From a virus (Duplodnaviria; Caudoviricetes): a stretch of 64,000 bases of DNA. The notes below the pieces were generated by a model. It was not told where the DNA came from, ran no database searches, and was given only the letters and a program-made list of their open reading frames with translations. The stretch is from positions 1-64,000 of IMG/VR virus record IMGVR_UViG_3300038679_000021; one strand, 5' to 3'. Below are positions 56,521-64,000 of this stretch, piece by piece. Numbering within the stretch: the first letter of the stretch is position 1; each line of letters begins with the position of its first letter. The translations under genes were made by a program, and so were the position numbers.

Positions 56521-56849
56521 TATTCGATCACTTCACAAAGTAAGCTCTTGCCATTAGCGGTATAGCGGATCACCTTCAGCTTGGAGACAAAGAATGTGCC
56601 TCCAATAGGTTGCAGACTCTTCTGAGATTCCGGAAGAATAAGGCACACGATCCCTTTCTCAGAAGAGGTTAGGAACCAGCCATTCGCTGCTACTTCAACA
56701 GCGACTCGGCAGAAAACAGCCTTCTTTCGAACGCCGCCTTCCTCCTTATTGGAGATAGACAAAGGGATAAGATCGCCGTTCAGGGAACACAGGATGTCCC
56801 CAGCCTTCGGCTGATCCTTCTTCAACTTCATGAAGAGAGACTCTTCCAT
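56520..56849 (-). CDS. Hypothetical protein
   Basis: 109-aa coupled ORF. Confidence 0.7.
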   Translation of the reverse strand: MEESLFMKLKKDQPKAGDILCSLNGDLIPLSISNKEEGGVRKKAVFCRVAVEVAANGWFLTSSEKGIVCLILPESQKSLQPIGGTFFVSKLKVIRYTANGKSLLCEVIE

Positions 56850-56850
56850 A

Positions 56851-57213
56851 TTATGCCACTTCTTTCAGTTCAGGGTGATACTTGAGGAATAGCTGTTTGA
56901 CTTCATCAAGGCTAAGATACTTCCCATCAGTAGCAACTGCATCATTCGGGTGCATGATGGGGAAAACGATGTTGCAGCCACCGAATTGGATGTCGCATAC
57001 AACACCTTTGAGAGGATTCTTGAGTTCGTCAAAGCGGAAGTTGACGATGATCTTCCCTACCTTCACAGGCATCGGAATAACCAGCCGCCCAAGGAGTTCG
57101 ACTTTTCGAACAATGTTACCTTCTCGGGAATCGGCTATGATGACCCGGACAGTCGTTCGCGTCGTCTTGACAGAAACTTTCTGGCCCGGATGGTTCGCTG
57201 TAATAATGCCCAT
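56851..57213 (-). CDS. Hypothetical protein
   Basis: Start set at the ATG at 57213, just after the ligase stop. Confidence 0.65.
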   Translation of the reverse strand: MGIITANHPGQKVSVKTTRTTVRVIIADSREGNIVRKVELLGRLVIPMPVKVGKIIVNFRFDELKNPLKGVVCDIQFGGCNIVFPIMHPNDAVATDGKYLSLDEVKQLFLKYHPELKEVA

Positions 57214-57214
57214 A

Positions 57215-58135
57215 CTATTCCTCAATCTGCCACAAGCATTGGTCTGCGGATTTGTCCGTTCTCCACTGCTTGAACTGTGGGAATCGGAATTTCTTTCCGT
57301 CCCATCCAAGATGGACAAACTCAACAACTCGATTCATATAGTCGTAACCAATAGGATGCCGGTCTTCCTCTGGCAGAGGAATCCAAGCCACAAGCTTGGA
57401 TTTTTTCCCTTCCCATTGTGCCACCCCGACTGTTCCTACTCTTCCGGTCTTGGTGACTTCCCCTAGATTATGCTTTTTCTCTTCCGCCACAGCAACAATA
57501 AAACCATCAGAGGTATCCTTTACCTTAATCTTCCACCCCATAGTGTGCTTCCCATAGGGTCTCGAAAGAGGTTTCAGGACGAAGCCCTCTACCTCAATAA
57601 GAGGGATAGACTCAAGCGCAGAATCCAGCATCGGCTCAGTAAACTCATCAACCACTTCTTGCGGGTGAAGCCGTACTCTTGGATGGTTTACTTCCTTGAT
57701 TACACGCGCTAGAACATCTCTTCGGTGACTCAGGGAACAACTTTGAATGTCGGGGCTTCCGTTGAAGATAAGGATATCAAAGCAGACAAGTTCCTTCTCT
57801 TTATCAAGCCTACCAGCGTCCGATGCAGAAGTCCCTCCAAGAGAGCAAAACTCGCCATCCAAGACAACATCATAAGGGAGGACACATTCTTTCATCCAAT
57901 CGTATGGCTCTTGGACTACGAAGGGAAGATTCTTAGAAACACTCACTCCATGAGTCTTCAGAGCCCTGCTGCGGGAAACCACAAAAAGACCAGAAGGGCC
58001 AAGTTGGAGAGTGTACCGTCGTCCATCGAGCTTGACCTCGAAACCACATTTCTCCTTAATGGGGAGTTTTGTACGGAGATGATCCGTATTCTTCAACCTT
58101 GCAAGCTCGATGTTTAACTTGTTTCTGTAGTCCAT
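57215..58135 (-). CDS. ATP-dependent DNA ligase
   Basis: Motif I KLDG, LDGEF, CFDIL, EGFVLK, WKIK, FRFPQF...RTDK. Confidence 0.92.
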   Translation of the reverse strand: MDYRNKLNIELARLKNTDHLRTKLPIKEKCGFEVKLDGRRYTLQLGPSGLFVVSRSRALKTHGVSVSKNLPFVVQEPYDWMKECVLPYDVVLDGEFCSLGGTSASDAGRLDKEKELVCFDILIFNGSPDIQSCSLSHRRDVLARVIKEVNHPRVRLHPQEVVDEFTEPMLDSALESIPLIEVEGFVLKPLSRPYGKHTMGWKIKVKDTSDGFIVAVAEEKKHNLGEVTKTGRVGTVGVAQWEGKKSKLVAWIPLPEEDRHPIGYDYMNRVVEFVHLGWDGKKFRFPQFKQWRTDKSADQCLWQIEE

Positions 58136-58170
58136 AAGAAACCCTCCCCCGGAGTGCGCCGGGGGAGGGT
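58134..58170 (-). terminator. Intrinsic terminator-like hairpin
   Basis: 12-bp stem ACCCTCCCCCGG/CCGGGGGAGGGT followed by TTCTT on the minus strand. Confidence 0.7.
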
Positions 58171-58177
58171 AAGGGAA

Positions 58178-59179
58178 CTAGGCGTCGATGGACTCAACCT
58201 TCTTCTCAGGAACAGGCATCTCAGAAGTGATCGACTCGAAAATCTTCGCAGTCGCCGCATCCTCAATGACAACCATTTCCTGCGTCCTGATTCGGAAAGG
58301 ACACCGATAAGATGTCTTCATCGTGACAGGAACTGCGCTGTTGCAGACCTTGCAATGAAGCATCATGTCTTCGGCATTCGGGCTACAGCTAACCTTGAGA
58401 TTAACCCTGCGGGCTCCGATGTCCTTATAGAGAACCTCTTGGACTGATCCGAAAGAGTTACAACTATCGCAGAAGTAGTCCGTCTTCTCCATGACCTTGC
58501 CAGAGAGAAGGCACATCAGAACTTGGTCGTTGGACTGAAGTGCGATTTTCTCCAATAGGGCCATGAACGCAGTGGGATCGGGAAGCTTATCGAGAAGCAA
58601 CTGCCCATCGCGAAGCGTCGTAACATGCGTCCACAGTTGCTCCACAAGGGTCTGGTGAATCTCCTGCGTCATGGACTTGAACGCAGACATTCGATCCTCA
58701 AGCCGGGACTTGAGGCGAGCAACCGCCCGATCATGTGCGGAAACGATTCCGCCAAGACGCTCCTTCAACTCCGCATTCTCGGTGTTGAGATTGAGCTTCT
58801 TCTTAGCATACTTTTCGTGGATCGCTTCCGTGTGAACACGGACTTCCTCGTCCTCATCCGTACTGATCTGCTGAAGTGCGATCTCCAACTCACCAAGACG
58901 GCGGCGGATCGAAGTAATATCTCCGGAGTTTGCGTCCTTCAACTGATCCACAAACATCTGGATTCGTGGATTAACCTTCGTTGTAATGAAGTGGTGGAGC
59001 GTCTCAAGACGCTGACGAAGAAGGGCCTCAAGCCGCGTTCGCTCACGCGTTCCGAGCTTAATCTTCTCCTGCCTCTTGATAACTTCTTCCGTGATTTCGG
59101 CTTTGAAGGCCGCACGGATTGCGTCAATCGCGGTATTCGGGCTCGAAGGAATCATCAAACTTACATTCTCATTCATCAC
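58178..59179 (-). CDS. Hypothetical coiled-coil protein with C-terminal Zn-finger-like Cys motifs
   Basis: 333 aa; CDSC...CKVC...C. Confidence 0.8.
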   Translation of the reverse strand: MMNENVSLMIPSSPNTAIDAIRAAFKAEITEEVIKRQEKIKLGTRERTRLEALLRQRLETLHHFITTKVNPRIQMFVDQLKDANSGDITSIRRRLGELEIALQQISTDEDEEVRVHTEAIHEKYAKKKLNLNTENAELKERLGGIVSAHDRAVARLKSRLEDRMSAFKSMTQEIHQTLVEQLWTHVTTLRDGQLLLDKLPDPTAFMALLEKIALQSNDQVLMCLLSGKVMEKTDYFCDSCNSFGSVQEVLYKDIGARRVNLKVSCSPNAEDMMLHCKVCNSAVPVTMKTSYRCPFRIRTQEMVVIEDAATAKIFESITSEMPVPEKKVESIDA

Positions 59180-59193
59180 TTTTTCCTTTGTTT

Positions 59194-59222
59194 GGAGGGG
59201 CCGGAGTTTTTCCGGCCCCTCC
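59194..59222. other. Intergenic hairpin
   Basis: 12-bp stem GGAGGGGCCGGA/TCCGGCCCCTCC; no U-tract on the minus strand. Confidence 0.5.
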
Positions 59223-59231
59223 GTTGTTGTT

Positions 59232-59966
59232 TTATCCGACCGCCAACCGGGCCTTGATCTTCGGCCACATCTTCAGGATCACCGTCTCGGGAAGCTTCCA
59301 ATTCTTCCGTGCGAGGGAGAGGAACTTCTTCTGCGTATTCACCTTGGCTTTCTTCGCCGCAGCCGTGGCTTCCACGAACGAAGGGGGCTTGATTGCCACT
59401 GCCTTCTTGGCAGCAGCCTTCTTCTCCGTCCGAACAAGGTCTTCCCCGGCAATCGCGGCGTCGTAATCCGCCTGATCCACGCGGATCATCTTGGCAACCC
59501 AAGTGGTGACATTGTTGGCACCAGCAGCGGAATCCTTCCCGATATCAGAGATGAAATCAGGATGGACGAAGCAGCGGAGAACCGCCTCACTCGGTCCGGG
59601 ACGCGGAGGCCGAACCGCGAGGACATGGAATCCGTACTCACCGGGCGGAAGCTTTCCGCCAGTAAAGTTCGCGGCGGCGGGTTTCTTCGCGACCATGAGG
59701 CCGGGAACCCACTCGTCGTCGGCCATTGCGGAACGCAGGATCACCTTGCCGCCCTTCTTGATCCTCCGCAGCACCTTCCAGCCAGTAAGCCACTGTTGGC
59801 TTGCCATGACCGCTTCAGTGACAGGGGTGGGCTTATCCGCGCTCCCAACCGGGGCAGAGACAGCAGGAACGGGCACGCTTGCGGGAAGCGCGGGAGGCGG
59901 CGTTGCCGGAGCTTCAGGCAACTGGCTTCGGATTTCTCGCTTCGGAACAGGATTGCTAATGCACAT
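59232..59966 (-). CDS. Hypothetical protein (Pro/Ala-rich N-terminus, Lys/Ala-rich C-terminus)
   Basis: 244 aa, GC3-rich codons. Confidence 0.75.
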   Translation of the reverse strand: MCISNPVPKREIRSQLPEAPATPPPALPASVPVPAVSAPVGSADKPTPVTEAVMASQQWLTGWKVLRRIKKGGKVILRSAMADDEWVPGLMVAKKPAAANFTGGKLPPGEYGFHVLAVRPPRPGPSEAVLRCFVHPDFISDIGKDSAAGANNVTTWVAKMIRVDQADYDAAIAGEDLVRTEKKAAAKKAVAIKPPSFVEATAAAKKAKVNTQKKFLSLARKNWKLPETVILKMWPKIKARLAVG

Positions 59967-60246
59967 GGAATATACCTTTCTGGCAGATCGGACAAACTAC
60001 ATTTGCTTTGTTTGTTTTTCCCTCGATGAAGATTTCGACTGCGGACCAATCGGAAAAGTAGTCTTTTAGATCATTTTGAGACATCCTCCTGTTGCAGTGA
60101 CTACAGACGAGATACCAAGAACCGTCATCGGGAAGTTGGGTGTAACTCAAGAAAGAACGCATCGAAGAAGTGCGTCTATTCTTGTATTTGGGCGGGTGAA
60201 ACTCAGCTAGCGCACTAGGGGTCGGATCTTTCAAAATCAGTTCCAT
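59956..60246 (-). CDS. Hypothetical zinc-ribbon protein
   Basis: CSHC...CPIC; RBS and promoter upstream. Confidence 0.7.
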   Translation of the reverse strand: MELILKDPTPSALAEFHPPKYKNRRTSSMRSFLSYTQLPDDGSWYLVCSHCNRRMSQNDLKDYFSDWSAVEIFIEGKTNKANVVCPICQKGIFHVH

Positions 60247-60264
60247 AATTCATTCTCCGTGTGC

Positions 60265-60293
60265 AGTATAGGTTTTCTACTCCGTGAAGTAAA
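60265..60293 (-). promoter_or_regulatory. Sigma70-type promoter
   Basis: TTTACT-N17-TATACT. Confidence 0.7.
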
Positions 60294-60303
60294 GAGCAAA
60301 GTG

Positions 60304-60867
60304 TTATTTCTCACTCTTTCCTAGCCTCTTAATGGCCTCCAAGACTTCTGTATAAACCATCCCCGAAATCTCTTGAGCAAGATGTTTAGCGAGCATCGAC
60401 TTCGTATCGAAGACCCCATCACCAATGAGTTCATCTATTACGTCTTTCGGTACGCTCGTACCAGTACTTCCAAGAAGAAAGAATTTGGATTTGAAGGTAA
60501 CGTCACCAGACCCCTCGCGCTTAAACTCCAAGTCTACATGAGATACTTTTGGCAGTGATCCAGTGGATACTCCTTCGATATCAACACTAGGATAAGAGCT
60601 AACAGAATGCGTTAGCCTAACATTACGGGCATAGTAGTAGCGTAGCTCTGGAGACAGTAGGATGATATGGGCATTCTCCCCAACCTCTCCCTTATGCACT
60701 GTGCGGGTAAAGCCATCTGCAATCGTTGCAGGTAACTCTTCCGCAGATTTCTCCAACTTCTTCTTTGCGATTTCTCTCTTTATATCGTCAAGAAGAGTTC
60801 GAACCTCGGCAGGACCATCAACCGGATGCGTTCCAGCAAATAAAACATCGTCCATACTTACCCCCAT
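60304..60867 (-). CDS. Hypothetical protein
   Basis: 187-aa coupled ORF. Confidence 0.7.
   Translation of the reverse strand: MGVSMDDVLFAGTHPVDGPAEVRTLLDDIKREIAKKKLEKSAEELPATIADGFTRTVHKGEVGENAHIILLSPELRYYYARNVRLTHSVSSYPSVDIEGVSTGSLPKVSHVDLEFKREGSGDVTFKSKFFLLGSTGTSVPKDVIDELIGDGVFDTKSMLAKHLAQEISGMVYTEVLEAIKRLGKSEK
60717..60731. repeat. Dispersed palindrome, 1-nt-deletion variant
   Basis: (AT)CTGCAATCGTTGCAG, intragenic. Confidence 0.6.
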
Positions 60868-61721
60868 CCTTTATCCGGCCCGCCAGCGAAGCGATGTTTC
60901 GACGGGCAATTTACTTGTTTGATTAGTTCCCCAGAACGCTCGAAGATTTCCGGTGGCAAGATATCTGGCGAGACCTCATGGAGTTTTCTCAGGAAAGACT
61001 CAGTTTCCAAGAAGTTCCCGTTAAATCTCAGTTTCCGCAACTGCTTGAGGGCGTACCCCCAATCGTAAGCCCGTATAAGCACCTTCGGCTTGTAAAGCTC
61101 CAAGTACAGCGTAAGCAACTTGCTCACATAGCCGGGGTGTCTTGGTCTTGGAGGCGTAGCCTCTGCGAAATTTTTCGCAGAAAAATTTTCGCCCTTCGGT
61201 TTCTCTGGCGTCTTCTCTGTAGTACTCTCTGATTCAATGGTTCCCCCGATGGGTGAGTCAGGGGTCACTCGGCGGGTGCCCCTGTTTTCCCCGATGGGTG
61301 AGCCATGGTTTACAGAAATTTTTTCGGAGGGTATGACTTCGCTTATCTCTTCGGTTTCGTCGTCGCTATCAGTGCGAGTCGTACTATCGCTCTTTAGCAA
61401 GGCTTCCCATGCAGTGTTTACTGCCTCGAAGTTGACTTTGAAAAAGAGCCTCGCTGGCATCCCTTTAACAGACTCTAGGATGAAGTTCTTGCGTTTTAGC
61501 TCCCTGCGGCAACGCTCTTGCTCCCTGCGAGTCAGCCCGGTTTCTTCTTCCAACTCATCTGCTGTCTTGTAGATCCAACCTTCTTTGTTGGATTGTTTAC
61601 CAGACCAATAGATTAGCTGACTAAGAAACACAGACTCTTTCAACCCACCAGTAAGCCTCCCCATTTTGGGGTAAACAACAACGGGTCTTCCTAAGTCAGA
61701 TAGGCATTCGGTGAGTCTCAT
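60858..61721 (-). CDS. Phage replication-initiator-like protein (N-terminal winged HTH)
   Basis: FLSQLIYW...GWIYKTADELEEETGLTRREQERCRRELK motif followed by a low-complexity linker. Confidence 0.8.
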   Translation of the reverse strand: MRLTECLSDLGRPVVVYPKMGRLTGGLKESVFLSQLIYWSGKQSNKEGWIYKTADELEEETGLTRREQERCRRELKRKNFILESVKGMPARLFFKVNFEAVNTAWEALLKSDSTTRTDSDDETEEISEVIPSEKISVNHGSPIGENRGTRRVTPDSPIGGTIESESTTEKTPEKPKGENFSAKNFAEATPPRPRHPGYVSKLLTLYLELYKPKVLIRAYDWGYALKQLRKLRFNGNFLETESFLRKLHEVSPDILPPEIFERSGELIKQVNCPSKHRFAGGPDKGWG

Positions 61722-62035
61722 CGTACCGTCTCCTTGGAAATAGTGCTTAGATTCGCTCGGAAGGTTAAACAGGCTGGAAGACCTGTTAAACCTTCAGTAA
61801 TAAATCCCTTCTCCTTCAAAGTCTTTCGCACTAACTCTTGCTCTCTTCGCGTTAAGAAAGTAGCTTTTTCAATCTCATCAGCCGTCTTTCTTACCCAACC
61901 TTCGGCGTTTTCCTTTCCCCAAGAACAAAGCTGAGATAGGAAAATAGCAGCTTTTATACTGCCTGTTAGCCTTGCTAGTTTTGGGTAAAAAGCAACTGCC
62001 TTTTCCGGGTTTAGGATTGCATCTAACTCGTTCAT
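61718..62035 (-). CDS. Short paralog of the initiator (HTH domain only)
   Basis: FLSQLCSW...GWVRKTADEIEKATFLTRREQELVRKTLK; aligns end to end with the N-terminus of 60858..61721. Confidence 0.8.
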   Translation of the reverse strand: MNELDAILNPEKAVAFYPKLARLTGSIKAAIFLSQLCSWGKENAEGWVRKTADEIEKATFLTRREQELVRKTLKEKGFITEGLTGLPACLTFRANLSTISKETVR

Positions 62036-62058
62036 AGATAAGCCCTCTCGATCCTGCT

Positions 62059-62088
62059 AGTATAGCAGGAGAAACGTTCAAAAGAAAG
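62059..62088 (-). promoter_or_regulatory. Putative promoter (extended -10 TGCTATACT) overlapped by an inverted repeat
   Basis: CTTTCTTTT-N12-TGCTATACT; TCCTGCTA-N3-TAGCAGGA at 62052-62070 covers the -10 box. Confidence 0.7.
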
Positions 62089-62099
62089 CAAGAACTTAT

Positions 62100-62300
62100 C
62101 TAATCTCCCCCAACCCGCAAATCCTCAACGTTTCCGAAGAGGTTTTCAAAAAGCATCATGGCTTGCTTTCGTCCACCTTCTCCGGGAAGTCTTACAATGT
62201 GATCCCTACTGCTATCCATTGCGTCCTTCACCACACTCGGACTTTCAATGGCAGTAGACTCTTCCGTAACTTCCGCAACTTCTTTTTCTTCGTCGCCCAT
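62100..62300 (-). CDS. Hypothetical acidic protein
   Basis: 66-aa ORF with RBS. Confidence 0.6.
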   Translation of the reverse strand: MGDEEKEVAEVTEESTAIESPSVVKDAMDSSRDHIVRLPGEGGRKQAMMLFENLFGNVEDLRVGGD

Positions 62301-62307
62301 ATAATCC

Positions 62308-62757
62308 TCACTTGTTAAGAGACGCGAACAATGCTTGGAGTTTCAGACCTGTTGAAGAAGGAACCGTAACTTTCGGAACCGTTATTTTTGGAACAACTAC
62401 AGTGACCTTTGGCGGCTCCGGAGCCTTACCAAAAGCCGATAGAAGGGAAGTCCGAGCAACTACAGGGGCCTCTTCTCTGAGGACATTTGGTGTAGTTGGC
62501 TTGATCCTAAACCATGTGATCTCATCGAAGAAGTCGTACAGTTCCTGAGTCGGAGCCTCCGGACGGATGATGTCACGAGAGTCAATGTCGGTACGAAAAC
62601 TCCTTTTCGGGTCGCGAGGATGACACTTCACTGCGAAAATAGCATGGCCTCGATGGACCATCATCGCATAAAGTAGATCAATCTCAGTGCCACTACAAAA
62701 GATAGATGGGGCTGTTCTTGTACGAAGGTTAATCGGAGTTCTCGTCGTCAGGCTCAT
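62308..62757 (-). CDS. Hypothetical protein
   Basis: 149-aa ORF. Confidence 0.7.
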   Translation of the reverse strand: MSLTTRTPINLRTRTAPSIFCSGTEIDLLYAMMVHRGHAIFAVKCHPRDPKRSFRTDIDSRDIIRPEAPTQELYDFFDEITWFRIKPTTPNVLREEAPVVARTSLLSAFGKAPEPPKVTVVVPKITVPKVTVPSSTGLKLQALFASLNK

Positions 62758-63007
62758 CTAGTACCTCCTTGATTCTCCGTTGTTCTGCGGCAGCATGAAA
62801 CTGCCGCACTTTGGTTAGATCAAAATCGCGAGGGTTGATGCCAAACTTCTCGCATTCAAAATCAAATCTCTCTGCTACTGCTTCGTCTGATACGGATGCC
62901 TGCCTTCTTCGTATTTCCGGAATAAGCTCATCTTTCGACAAACCCGGTGGGGGTTCCTGTGGGGGTTTCATCAACGTGTATAGGTCCAGTAACCGACTCA
63001 TTGCCAC
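62729..63007 (-). CDS. Hypothetical protein
   Basis: 92-aa ORF whose 5' end overlaps the HNH gene tail. Confidence 0.6.
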   Translation of the reverse strand: MAMSRLLDLYTLMKPPQEPPPGLSKDELIPEIRRRQASVSDEAVAERFDFECEKFGINPRDFDLTKVRQFHAAAEQRRIKEVLDEPDDENSD

Positions 63008-63461
63008 TCCTGATTCTGTTCAATTGAGCAAACCTTCCAAAATGCTTTACAGCGGCTAGATTGTATGCGGTTGCTGCGAGTTCAGGCGATTGGAAGTTAC
63101 CAAGGGAAATGCGCTTCCCATTAACTCGTATCATCGCCCGATACGTTCTCCCATCCTTGTAAACTCCTTTGTAGTCGATCATTCCGTAAACAGTATGGAT
63201 GTTCTTGGCATTCTCAGATTGGGTGCATACGCGTAGATTACTCCTTCTATTATCTAGGGTGTCACCATTTACATGGTCGCAAACCATTCTTGAAGTCTCG
63301 TCCAACCCCATAAGAAAGCGGTGCATCATCGTATGTTTACCCGATGATTGCCGTATGTAGATTTGCCCGTGGCTTCTGCAAACTGTCCAGTTATGTTGCG
63401 AGATGATCTTGAAATCATCGTCGTCTATCTGAACAGCTACACCTTTGACTAGAAAGTTCAT
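62928..63461 (-). CDS. HNH homing endonuclease with AP2 DNA-binding domain
   Basis: MHRFLM...CDHVNGDTLDNRRSNLR (HNH), then YKGVY...YRAMI...ISLG.F...AA.AYN.AA (AP2). Start set at 63461. Confidence 0.92.
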   Translation of the reverse strand: MNFLVKGVAVQIDDDDFKIISQHNWTVCRSHGQIYIRQSSGKHTMMHRFLMGLDETSRMVCDHVNGDTLDNRRSNLRVCTQSENAKNIHTVYGMIDYKGVYKDGRTYRAMIRVNGKRISLGNFQSPELAATAYNLAAVKHFGRFAQLNRIRSGNESVTGPIHVDETPTGTPTGFVER

Positions 63462-63611
63462 ATTCGTAAAGAGGAATGGGGTTGAAGCAGGTTCGGCATG
63501 TATAACAGATATCTTGATGAAGGAGTACACCAAGACTCCCCTACCGCCCTTACCTCCGGACGCTCCAAGTAGTTAGAGCAACCAGCCCGTACACGCTGGC
63601 CCCGGTGAGCT

Positions 63612-63998
63612 TCACTTCAACCCCATGTTTTTCAAATAGGTTTCCACATCCATTACTCGGCGAAGATCGCGAAAAAAGAAGGTTCCGTCTTCGTTGTTGA
63701 CGGGCCATAGATAGCCAAGAGCAGTCGGGTCTGTCCACTGGTAACGGCTGTACCAAGGGAAGTTCTTTCGCAGAAGATTCCCGCGCATGACTGAGTGAAA
63801 GTCTGGGTGACCAACCCAAGGGGGAAGCCGGAAGGATTCTGGGAGAGAAAACTTTGGAAAGAATCTCCGCCCCGTCCTTCTGTTGATTTCGTCCACGACT
63901 TCATTGGAAAATGCCTTCAGCGCGTCGGTGAATCCGTCGAACATGACCACTGCCGGATGGTGCGTCCACCCGACATGCCTCTTTTCGAGGCTTGAGAT
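63612..63998 (-). CDS. Pyrimidine-dimer DNA glycosylase-like protein (MSMEG_6728/Pyr_excise-type), 5' partial
   Basis: Reading frame extends off the window end: GWTHHPAVVMF...PPWVGHPDFHSVMRGNLLRK...YLWP. Confidence 0.8.
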   Translation of the reverse strand: MSSLEKRHVGWTHHPAVVMFDGFTDALKAFSNEVVDEINRRTGRRFFPKFSLPESFRLPPWVGHPDFHSVMRGNLLRKNFPWYSRYQWTDPTALGYLWPVNNEDGTFFFRDLRRVMDVETYLKNMGLK

Positions 63999-64000
63999 AA

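Larger units (their letters stand above)
1..64000 (-). mobile_element. Tailed bacteriophage genome segment (siphovirus-like; long non-contractile tail inferred)
   Basis: TerS/TerL, portal, prohead protease, major capsid, neck, tail tube, chaperone and tape measure genes in canonical order. No sheath gene seen. Phage-type replication set. All genes co-oriented on the minus strand. Confidence 0.97.

Noticed and set aside
59176-59502. 108-aa alternative-frame ORF overlapping the 244-aa gene (also 63550-63819)
   Set aside because: Out-of-frame overlaps of better-supported ORFs, with Arg/Gly-rich composition typical of shadow frames.
1-64000. Alternative genetic code or stop-codon readthrough
   Set aside because: Conserved genes are full length under the standard code, and all three stop codons terminate genes at coupled junctions.

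Overview
The window is a large part of one tailed-phage (siphovirus-like, Caudoviricetes) genome. Essentially every credible gene is on the minus strand, and genes are tightly packed with many ATGA/TAATG overlaps. Both ends cut through genes, and no integrase or host genes are visible. In transcription order (high to low coordinates): (i) early/repair genes: pyrimidine-dimer glycosylase-like protein, HNH-AP2 endonuclease, two paralogous replication-initiator HTH proteins, ATP-dependent DNA ligase. (ii) A coupled operon from a stand-alone MgsA/RarA C-terminal protein through SAM methyltransferase, B12-radical SAM, DegT aminotransferase, WbqC, radical SAM/SPASM, Dam-like methylase, PIG-L deacetylase, glycosyltransferase-like protein and ParB-like protein, running directly into TerS/TerL. 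(iii) Head, neck and tail genes, including a GT4 glycosyltransferase, a -1 frameshifted tail chaperone, the tape measure protein and several signal-peptide-bearing proteins. (iv) An atypical lysis/envelope block with lipoproteins and peptidases but no recognisable canonical endolysin. (v) A full replication/recombination set: DnaC-like, DnaB, primase, SSB, PolA, SF2 helicase, RecA, two resolvases, Cas4-like nuclease. (vi) SWIM, MoxR-type AAA+ and VWA genes. Most notable sequence-level observations: a 16-20 bp palindrome (ATCTGCAATCGATTGCAGAT) dispersed at nine sites, the sugar/methyl modification operon fused to the packaging genes, a PolA with substitutions at the steric-gate positions plus a Zn-finger insertion, and a tRNA-like element with a shortened anticodon arm between 33-bp direct repeats. 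All protein family calls come from motif recognition by eye, not database searches.
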